From Eledone cirrhosa (lineage: Eukaryota): DNA of 64,000 bases. Below, piece after piece: positions 53,901 through 64,000 of this stretch; within the stretch, counting starts at the first letter, position 1; every line of letters starts with the position of its first letter. The notes beneath the pieces were generated by a model. It did no database searches, was not told where the DNA came from, and saw only the letters and a list, made by a program, of their open reading frames with translations. Both the position numbers and the translations under genes were made by a program. Where the stretch lies: assembly GCA_964016885.1 (NCBI GenBank), contig CAXHJY010001472.1, positions 620,001 through 684,000 of the forward strand, in the 5' to 3' direction.

Positions 53901-56900
53901 TTTTTACAAATTATCTCCCCCTGATTTTTTTTTACTAATTATCTCCCCCTGATTTTTTTTTTACAAATTATCTCCCCCTGATTTTTTTACAAATTATCTC
54001 CCCCTGATTTTTTTTACAATCTCCGCCTGATTTTTTAAAAAATTATCTTCCCTTGGCTGGCGGGAAATTATCTCCCCTTGGACGGTTGGAAATTATCTCC
54101 CCTTGGCTGGAAATTATCTCCCCTTGGACACTGGAAATTATAGCCCCTTGGAGGGCTGGAAATTATCTTCCCTTGGACGGCTGGAAATTATCTCCCCTTG
54201 ATTTTTTTACAAATTATCTGCCCCTGATTTTTTTTTTACAAATTATCTCCCCCTGATTTTTTTTTACAAATTATCTACCCCTGATTTTTTTTACAAATTA
54301 TCTCCCCCTGATTTTTTTTTTACAAATTATCTCCCCCTGATTTTTTTAAAAATGATCTCCCCTTGGACGGCTGGAAATGATCTCCCTTTGGCTGGTTGGA
54401 AATTATCTCCCCTTGGACGGCTGAAAATTATCTCCCCTTGGACGGCTGCAAATTATCTCCCCTTGATTTTTTTTACAAATTATCTCCCCTTGATTTTTTT
54501 TTACAAATTATCTCCCCCTGATTTTTTTTACAAATTATCTTCCCTTGGACGGCTGGAAATTATCTCCGCTTGGAAGGATGGAAATTATCTCCCCTTGGAC
54601 GGCTGGAAATTATCTCCCCTTGCACGGCTGGAAATTATCTCCCCTTGGACAGCTGGAAATTATCTGCCCTTGATTTTGTTTTTACAAATTATCTCCCCCT
54701 GATTTTTTTTACAAATTATCTCCACCTGATTTTTTTAAAAATTATCTCCCCTTGGACGGCTGGAAATTATCTCCCCTTGGACGGCTAGAAATTATCTCTC
54801 TTTGGACGGCTGGAAATTATCTCCCTTTGATTTTTTAACAAATTATCTCCCTCTGATTTTTTTTACAAATCTCCCCCTGATTTTTTTACAAATTATCTCC
54901 CCCTGATTTTTTTTACAATCTCCGCCTGATTTTTTAAAAAATTATCTTCCCTTGGCTGGCGGGAAATTATCTCCCCTTGGACGGCTGGAAATTTTCTCCC
55001 CTTGGCTGGAAATTATCTCCCCTTGGACACTGGAAATTATAGCCCCTTGGAGGGCTGGAAATTATCTTCCCTTGGACGGCTGGAAATTATCTCCCCTTGA
55101 TTTTTTTACAAATTATCTGCCCCTGATTTTTTTTTACAAATTATCTCCCCCTGATTTTTTTTTACAAATTATCTACCCCTGATTTTTTTTACAAATTATC
55201 TCCCCCTGATTTTTTTTTTACAAATTATCTCCCCCTGATTTTTTTAAAAATGATCTCCCCTTGGACGGCTGGAAATGATCTCCCCTTGGCTGGTTGGAAA
55301 TTATCTCCCCTTGGACCGCTAGAAATTATCTCTCCTTGGACGGCTGGAAATTATTTCCCCTTGATTTTTTTTACAAATCTCCCCCTAATTTAAAAAAAAA
55401 TTATCTCCCCTTCGCTGGCTGGAAATTATCTCCCTTTGGACGGCTGGAAATTATAGCCCCTTGTAGGGCTGGAAATTATCTCCCCTTGGACGGCTGGAAA
55501 TTATCTCCCCTTGATTTTTTTTACAAAATATCTCCCCCTGATTTTTTTAAAAATGATCTCCCCTTGGACGGCTGGAAATGATCTCCCCTTGGCTGGTTGG
55601 AAATTATCTCCCCTTGGACCGCTAGAAATTATCTCTCCTTGGATGGCTGGAAATTATCTCCCCTTGATTTTTCTACAAATTATCTCCCCCTGATTTTTTT
55701 TACAAATCTCCCAGTGATTTTTAAAAAAAATTTTCTCCCCTTCGCTGGCTGGAAATTATCTCCCCTTGGACGCTGGAAATTATAGCCCCTTGGAAGGCTG
55801 GAAATTATCTTCCCATGGACGGCTGGAAATTATCTCCCCTTGATTTTTTTTTACAAATTATCTCCCCCTGATTTTTTTTTTACAAATTATCTCCCCCTGA
55901 TTTTTTTTAACAAATTATCTCCGCCTGATTTTTTAAAAAAAATTATCTCCCCTTGGACGGCTGGAAATTATCTCCCCTTGGACGGCTGGAAATTATCTCC
56001 CCTTGGACGGCTAGAAATTACCTCTCCTTGGACGGCTGAAAATTATCTCCCCTTGGACGGCTGCAAATTATCTCCCCTTGATTTTTTTTACAAATTATCT
56101 CCCCTTGATTTTTTTTTATAAATTATCTCCCCCTGATTTTTTTTACAAATTATCTTCCCTTGGACGGCTGGAAATTATCTCCCCTTGGAAGGATGGAAAT
56201 TATCTCCCCTTGGACGGCTGGAAATTATCTCCCCTTGCACGGCTGGAAATTATCTCCCCTTGGACAGCTGGAAATTATCTGCCCTTGATTTTTTTTTTAC
56301 AAATTATCTCCCCCTGATTTTTTTTTACAAATTATCTCCCCCTGATTTTTTTTTTACAAATTATCTCCGCCTGATTTTTTTTTTAAATTATCTCCCCTTG
56401 GACGGCTGGAAATTATCTCCCCTTGGACGGCTGGAAATTATCTTCCCTTGGACGGCTAGAAATTACCTCTCGTTGGACGGCTGAAAATTATCTCCCCTTG
56501 GACGGCTGGAAATTATCTCCCCTTGATTTTTTTACAAATTATCTGCCCCTGATTTTTTTTTACAAATTATCTCCCCCTGATTTTTTTTTACAAATTATCT
56601 CCCCCTGATTTTTTTTTACAAATTATCTCCCCCTGATTTTTTTTTTACAAATTATCTCCCCCTGATTTTTTTACAAATTATCTCCCCCTGATTTTTTTTA
56701 CAATCTCCGCCTGATTTTTTAAAAAATTATCTTCCCTTGGCTGGCGGGAAATTATCTCCCCTTGGACGGCTGGAAATTATCTCCCCTTGGCTGGAAATTA
56801 TCTCCCCTTGGACACTGGAAATTATAGCCCCTTGGAGGGCTGGAAATTATCTTCCCTTGGACGGCTGGAAATTATCTCCCCTTGATTTTTTTACAAATTA

Positions 56901-59900
56901 TCTGCCCCTGATTTTTTTTTACAAATTATCTCCCCCTGATTTTTTTTTACAAATTATCTACCCCTGATTTTTTTTACAAATTATCTCCCCCTGATTTTTT
57001 TTTTACAAATTATCTCCCCCTGATTTTTTTAAAAATGATCTCCCCTTGGACGGCTGGAAATGATCTCCCCTTGGCTGGTTGGAAATTATCTCCCCTTGGA
57101 CCGCTAGAAATTATCTCTCCTTGGACGGCTGGAAATTATTTCCCCTTGATTTTTTTTACAAATCTCCCCTTAATTTAAAAAAAAATTATCTCCCCTTCGC
57201 TGGCTGGAAATTATCTCCCTTTGGACGGCTGGAAATTATAGCCCCTTGTAGGGCTGGAAATTATCTCCCCTTGGACGGCTGGAAATTATCTCCCCTTGAT
57301 TTTTTTTACAAATTATCTCCCCCTGATTTTTTTAAAAATGATCTCCCCTTGGACGGCTGGAAATGATCTCCCCTTGGCTGGATGGAAATTATCTCCCCTT
57401 GGACCGCTAGAAATTATCTCTCCTTGGATGGCTGGAAATTATCTCCCCTTGATTTTTTTACAAATTATCTCCCCCTGATTTTTTTTACAAATCTCCCAGT
57501 GATTTTTAAAAAAAATTTTCTCCCCTTCGCTGGCTGGAAATTATCTCCCCTTGGACGCTGGAAATTATAGCCCCTTGGAAGGCTGGAAATTATCTTCCCT
57601 TGGACGGCTGGAAATTATCTCCCCTTGATTTTTTTTTACAAATTATCTCCCCCTGATTTTTTTTTTTACAAATTATCTCCCCCTGATTTTTTTTAACAAA
57701 TTATCTCCGCCTGATTTTTTTAAAAAAATTATCTCCCCTTGGACGGCTGGAAATTATCTCCCCTTGGACGGCTGGAAATTATCTCCCCTTGGACGGCTAG
57801 AAATTACCTCTCCTTGGACGGCTGAAAATTATCTCCCCTTGGACGGCTGCAAATTATCTCCCCTTGATTTTTTTTACAAATTATCTCCCCTTGATTTTTT
57901 TTTACAAATTATCTCCCCCTGATTTTTTTTACAAATTATCTTCCCTTGGACGGCTGGAAATTATCTCCCCTTGGAAGGATGGAAATTATCTCCCCTTGGA
58001 CGGCTGGAAATTATCTCCCCTTGCACGGCTGGAAATTATCTCCCCGTGGACAGCTGGAAATTATCTGCCCTTGATTTTGTTTTTACAAATTATCTCCCCC
58101 TGATTTTTTTTACAAATTATCTCCACCTGATTTTTTTAAAAATTATCTCCCCTTGGACGGCTGGAAATTATCTCCCCTTGGCTGGAAATTATCTCCCCTT
58201 GGACGGCTAGAAATTATCTCTCTTTGGACGGCTGGAAATTATCTCCCTTTGATTTTTTTAACAAATTATCTCCCTCTGATTTTTTTTACAAATCTCCCCC
58301 TGATTTTTTTAAAAAAATTATCTCCCCTTCGCTGGCTGGAAATTATCTCCCCTTGGACACTGGAAATTATAGCCCCCTGGAGGGCTGGAAATTATCTTCC
58401 CTTGGACGGCTGGAAATTATCTCCCCTTGGACAGCTGGAAATTATCTGCCCTTGATTTTTTTTTACAAATTATCTCCCCCTGATTTTTTTTTACAAATTA
58501 TCTCCCCCTGATTTTTTTTTTACAAATTATCTCCGCCTGATTTTTTTTTTAAATTATCTCCCCTTGGACGGCTGGAAATTATCTCCCCTTGGACGGCTGG
58601 AAATTATCTTCCCTTGGACGGCTAGAAATTACCTCTCCTTGGACGGCTGAAAATTATCTCCCCTTGGACGGCTGGAAATTATCTCCCCTTGATTTTTTTA
58701 CAAATTATCTGCCCCTGATTTTTTTTTACAAATTATCTCCCCCTGATTTTTTTTTACAAATTATCTCCCCCTGATTTTTTTTTACTAATTATCTCCCCCT
58801 GATTTTTTTTTTACAAATTATCTCCCCCTGATTTTTTTACAAATTATCTCCCCCTGATTTTTTTTACAATCTCCGCCTGATTTTTTAAAAAATTATCTTC
58901 CCTTGGCTGGCGGGAAATTATCTCCCCTTGGACGGTTGGAAATTATCTCCCCTTGGCTGGAAATTATCTCCCCTTGGACACTGGAAATTATAGCCCCTTG
59001 GAGGGCTGGAAATTATCTTCCCTTGGACGGCTGGAAATTATCTCCCCTTGATTTTTTTTTACAAATTATCTCCCCCTGATTTTTTTTTTACAAATTATCT
59101 CCGCCTGATTTTTTTAAAAAAATTATCTCCCCTTGGACGGCTGGAAATTATCTCCCCTTGGACGGCTGGAAATTATCTCCCCTTGGACGGCTAGAAATTA
59201 TCTCCCCTTGATTTTTTTTACAAATTATCTCCCCTTGATTTTTTTTTATAAATTATCTCCCCCTGATTTTTTTTACAAATTATCTTACCTTGGACGGCTG
59301 GAAATTATCTCCCCTTGGAAGGATGGAAATTATCTCCCCTTGGACGGCTGGAAATTATCTCCCCTTGCACGGCTGGAAATTATCTCCCCTTGGACAGCTG
59401 GAAATTATCTGCCCTTGATTTTTTTTTACAAATTATCTCCCCATGATTTTTTTTTACAAATTATCTCCCCCTGATTTTTTTTTTACAAATTATCTCCGCC
59501 TGATTTTTTTTTAAAATTATCTCCCCTTGGACGGCTGGAAATTATCTCCCCTTGGACGGCTGGAAATTATCTTCCCTTGGACGGCTAGAAATTACCTCTC
59601 CTTGGACAGCTGGAAATTATCTGCCCTTGATTTTGTTTTTACAAATTATCTCCCCCTGATTTTTTTTACAAATTATCTCCACCTGATTTTTAAAAAAATT
59701 ATCTCCCCTTGGACGGCTGGAAATTATCTCCCCTTGGCTGGAAATTATCTCCCCTTGGACGGCTAGAAATTATCTCTCTTTGGACGGCTGGAAATTATCT
59801 CCCTTTGATTTTTTTAACAAATTATCTCCCTCTGATTTTTTTTACAAATCTCCCCCTGATTTTTTTAAAAAAATTATCTCCCCTTCGCTGGCTGGAAATT

Positions 59901-62900
59901 ATCTCCCCTTGGACACTGGAAATTATAGCCCCCTGGAGGGCTGGAAATTATCTTCCCTTGGACGGCTGGAAATTATCTCCCCTTGATTTTTTTTACAAAT
60001 TATCTCCCCCTGATTTTTTTTTACAAATTATCTCCCCCTGATATTTTTTTTACAAATTATCTCCGCCTGATTTTTTTAAAAAAATTATCTCCCCTTGGAC
60101 TGCTGGAAATTATCTCCCCTTGGACGGCTGGAAATTATCTCCCCTTGGACGGCTAGAAATTACCTCTCCTTGGACGGCTGAAAATTATCTCCCCTTGGAC
60201 GGCTGCAAATTATCTCCCCTTGATTTTTATTACAAATTATCTCCCCTTGATTTTTTTTTATAAATTATCTCCCCCTGATTTTTTTTACAAATTATCTTCC
60301 CTTGGACGGCTGGAAATTATCTCCCCTTGGAAGGATGGAAATTATCTCCCCTTGGACGGCTGGAAATTATCTCCCCTTGCACGGCTGGAAATTATCTCCC
60401 CTTGGACAGCTGGAAATTATCTGCCCTTGATTTTTTTTTACAAATTATCTCCCCCTGATTTTTTTTTACAAATTATCTCCCCCTGATTTTTTTTTTACAA
60501 ATTATCTCCGCCTGATTTTTTTTTAAAATTATCTCCCCTTGGACGGCTGGAAATTATCTCCCCTTGGACGGCTGGAAATTATCTTCCCTTGGACGGCTAG
60601 AAATTACCTCTCCTTGGACGGCTGAAAATTATCTCCCCTTGGACGGCTGGAAATTATCTCCCCTTGATTTTTTTACAAATTATCTGCCCCTGATTTTTTT
60701 TTACAAATTATCTCCCCCTGATTTTTTTTTACAAATTATCTCCCCCTGATTTTTTTTTACTAATTATCTCCCCCTGATTTTTTTTTTACAAATTATCTCC
60801 CCCTGATTTTTTTACAAATTATCTCCCCCTGATTTTTTTTACAATCTCCGCCTGATTTTTTAAAAAATTATCTTCCCTTGGCTGGCGGGAAATTATCTCC
60901 CCTTGGACGGTTGGAAATTATCTCCCCTTGGCTGGAAATTATCTCCCCTTGGACACTGGAAATTATAGCCCCTTGGAGGGCTGGAAATTATCTTCCCTTG
61001 GACGGCTGGAAATTATCTCCCCTTGATTTTTTTACAAATTATCTGCCCCTGATTTTTTTTTTACAAATTATCTCCCCCTGATTTTTTTTTACAAATTATC
61101 TACCCCTGATTTTTTTTACAAATTATCTCCCCCTGATTTTTTTTTTACAAATTATCTCCCCCTGATTTTTTTAAAAATGATCTCCCCTTGGACGGCTGGA
61201 AATGATCTCCCTTTGGCTGGTTGGAAATTATCTCCCCTTGGACGGCTGAAAATTATCTCCCCTTGGACGGCTGCAAATTATCTCCCCTTGATTTTTTTTA
61301 CAAATTATCTCCCCTTGATTTTTTTTTACAAATTATCTCCCCCTGATTTTTTTTACAAATTATCTTCCCTTGGACGGCTGGAAATTATCTCCGCTTGGAA
61401 GGATGGAAATTATCTCCCCTTGGACGGCTGGAAATTATCTCCCCTTGCACGGCTGGAAATTATCTCCCCTTGGACAGCTGGAAATTATCTGCCCTTGATT
61501 TTGTTTTTACAAATTATCTCCCCCTGATTTTTTTTACAAATTATCTCCACCTGATTTTTTTAAAAATTATCTCCCCTTGGACGGCTGGAAATTATCTCCC
61601 CTTGGACGGCTAGAAATTATCTCTCTTTGGACGGCTGGAAATTATCTCCCTTTGATTTTTTAACAAATTATCTCCCTCTGATTTTTTTTACAAATCTCCC
61701 CCTGATTTTTTTACAAATTATCTCCCCCTGATTTTTTTTACAATCTCCGCCTGATTTTTTAAAAAATTATCTTCCCTTGGCTGGCGGGAAATTATCTCCC
61801 CTTGGACGGCTGGAAATTTTCTCCCCTTGGCTGGAAATTATCTCCCCTTGGACACTGGAAATTATAGCCCCTTGGAGGGCTGGAAATTATCTTCCCTTGG
61901 ACGGCTGGAAATTATCTCCCCTTGATTTTTTTACAAATTATCTGCCCCTGATTTTTTTTTACAAATTATCTCCCCCTGATTTTTTTTTACAAATTATCTA
62001 CCCCTGATTTTTTTTACAAATTATCTCCCCCTGATTTTTTTTTTACAAATTATCTCCCCCTGATTTTTTTTAAAATGATCTCCCCTTGGACGGCTGGAAA
62101 TGATCTCCCCTTGGCTGGTTGGAAATTATCTCCCCTTGGACCGCTAGAAATTATCTCTCCTTGGACGGCTGGAAATTATTTCCCCTTGATTTTTTTTACA
62201 AATCTCCCCCTAATTTAAAAAAAAATTATCTCCCCTTCGCTGGCTGGAAATTATCTCCCTTTGGACGGCTGGAAATTATAGCCCCTTGTAGGGCTGGAAA
62301 TTATCTCCCCTTGGACGGCTGGAAATTATCTCCCCTTGATTTTTTTTACAAAATATCTCCCCCTGATTTTTTTAAAAATGATCTCCCCTTGGACGGCTGG
62401 AAATGATCTCCCCTTGGCTGGTTGGAAATTATCTCCCCTTGGACCGCTAGAAATTATCTCTCCTTGGATGGCTGGAAATTATCTCCCCTTGATTTTTCTA
62501 CAAATTATCTCCCCCTGATTTTTTTTACAAATCTCCCAGTGATTTTTAAAAAAAATTTTCTCCCCTTCGCTGGCTGGAAATTATCTCCCCTTGGACGCTG
62601 GAAATTATAGCCCCTTGGAAGGCTGGAAATTATCTTCCCATGGACGGCTGGAAATTATCTCCCCTTGATTTTTTTTTACAAATTATCTCCCCCTGATTTT
62701 TTTTTTACAAATTATCTCCCCCTGATTTTTTTTAACAAATTATCTCCGCCTGATTTTTTTAAAAAAATTATCTCCCCTTGGACGGCTGGAAATTATCTCC
62801 CCTTGGACGGCTGGAAATTATCTCCCCTTGGACGGCTAGAAATTACCTCTCCTTGGACGGCTGAAAATTATCTCCCCTTGGACGGCTGCAAATTATCTCC

Positions 62901-64000
62901 CCTTGATTTTTTTTACAAATTATCTCCCCTTGATTTTTTTTTATAAATTATCTCCCCCTGATTTTTTTTACAAATTATCTTCCCTTGGACGGCTGGAAAT
63001 TATCTCCCCTTGGAAGGATGGAAATTATCTCCCCTTGGACGGCTGGAAATTATCTCCCCTTGCACGGCTGGAAATTATCTCCCCTTGGACAGCTGGAAAT
63101 TATCTGCCCTTGATTTTTTTTTTACAAATTATCTCCCCCTGATTTTTTTTTACAAATTATCTCCCCCTGATTTTTTTTTTACAAATTATCTCCGCCTGAT
63201 TTTTTTTTTAAATTATCTCCCCTTGGACGGCTGGAAATTATCTCCCCTTGGACGGCTGGAAATTATCTTCCCTTGGACGGCTAGAAATTACCTCTCGTTG
63301 GACGGCTGAAAATTATCTCCCCTTGGACGGCTGGAAATTATCTCCCCTTGATTTTTTTACAAATTATCTGCCCCTGATTTTTTTTTACAAATTATCTCCC
63401 CCTGATTTTTTTTTACAAATTATCTCCCCCTGATTTTTTTTTACAAATTATCTCCCCCTGATTTTTTTTTTACAAATTATCTCCCCCTGATTTTTTTACA
63501 AATTATCTCCCCCTGATTTTTTTTACAATCTCCGCCTGATTTTTTAAAAAATTATCTTCCCTTGGCTGGCGGGAAATTATCTCCCCTTGGACGGCTGGAA
63601 ATTATCTCCCCTTGGCTGGAAATTATCTCCCCTTGGACACTGGAAATTATAGCCCCTTGGAGGGCTGGAAATTATCTTCCCTTGGACGGCTGGAAATTAT
63701 CTCCCCTTGATTTTTTTACAAATTATCTGCCCCTGATTTTTTTTTACAAATTATCTCCCCCTGATTTTTTTTTACAAATTATCTACCCCTGATTTTTTTT
63801 ACAAATTATCTCCCCCTGATTTTTTTTTTACAAATTATCTCCCCCTGATTTTTTTAAAAATGATCTCCCCTTGGACGGCTGGAAATGATCTCCCCTTGGC
63901 TGGTTGGAAATTATCTCCCCTTGGACCGCTAGAAATTATCTCTCCTTGGACGGCTGGAAATTATTTCCCCTTGATTTTTTTTACAAATCTCCCCTTAATT
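38948..64000 (+). repeat. ~30.7-kb tandem segmental duplication, copy 2 (truncated by the window end)
   Basis: As for copy 1; the window end corresponds to ~33,964 in copy 1. Confidence 0.9.
51830..64000 (+). repeat. 6,825-bp tandem block duplication (one full copy and one partial copy)
   Basis: Constant offset 6,825 for 52308/59133, 53395/60220, 54352/61177, 54952/61777 and 56737/63562. Shared rare variants include TCTTACC, CCCCATGA, GGACTGCTGG and CTCTCGTTGG. Confidence 0.9.

Larger units (their letters stand above)
1..64000 (+). repeat. Composite tandem satellite array of two monomer types (A, 25 bp; B, 26-30 bp) sharing the core AAATTATCTCCCC(T/C)TG; extends beyond both window edges
   Basis: The core recurs every ~21-30 bp from base 1 to 64,000, always on the same strand, with no interruption by non-repeat sequence. 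Confidence 0.99.

Noticed and set aside
20-63792. Hundreds of 60-167-aa plus-strand ORFs (KLSPLGRLEIISPWTAGNYLPLDGW-type peptides)
   Set aside because: The 25-bp A monomer has no stop codon in any plus frame, so its three frames concatenate into this 25-aa pattern. ORFs overlap in all frames, mostly start at TTG and are broken by T-tract length. The minus strand has TAA (in AGATAA) in each core, which explains the absence of minus-strand ORFs. There is no sign of coding constraint.
1-64000. CRISPR-like constant repeat plus variable spacer
   Set aside because: The 'spacers' are only ~9-14 bp, belong to two recurring families rather than being unique, and no cas genes or leader are present.
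1-64000. Telomerase-synthesised 25-bp telomeric repeat (Kluyveromyces/Candida-like length)
   Set aside because: Faithful multi-kb higher-order copying of variant monomers and two unrelated tails indicate recombinational amplification, not synthesis from a short RNA template.
1-64000. G-quadruplex/i-motif array from C4-5 runs
   Set aside because: The runs are separated by ~21-25-nt loops, far beyond canonical G4 loop lengths, and the GG doublets in the A tail give at most weak two-tier structures. Not supportable without experiments.
1-64000. Poly-T tracts as intrinsic or Pol III terminators, or retroposon tails
   Set aside because: There are no upstream GC hairpins, A/B boxes, transcription units or target-site duplications; the tracts are integral to monomer B.

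Overview
The whole 64-kb window is one uninterrupted head-to-tail satellite array of roughly 2,400 monomers (estimate: 64,000/~26 bp), all in one orientation. I see no unique sequence, genes, RNA genes or mobile elements. Every monomer has the core AAATTATCTCCCC(T/C)TG followed by one of two unrelated tails. Type A is AAATTATCTCCCCTTGGACGGCTGG (25 bp, GC-rich, contains a CpG). Type B is AAATTATCTCCCCCTGA(T)7-11AC (26-30 bp, poly-T). A and B alternate in short runs with stereotyped junction monomers. The runs form nested higher-order repeats: ~303-bp and ~444-bp modules, a ~1,785-bp HOR, 6,825-bp and ~8.8-9.2-kb blocks, a ~15.7-kb spacing and a ~30.7-kb tandem duplication (~8.3-38.9 kb vs ~38.9->64 kb). 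The offsets come from the ORF track and from shared private variants read by eye. The region at ~4.1-9.3 kb is more diverged. All listed ORFs are translation artefacts of the repeat. The sequence is most consistent with eukaryotic heterochromatic (centromeric, pericentromeric or subtelomeric) satellite; the organism and function cannot be determined from the sequence. Interior boundaries are approximate, to about 1-2 monomers.
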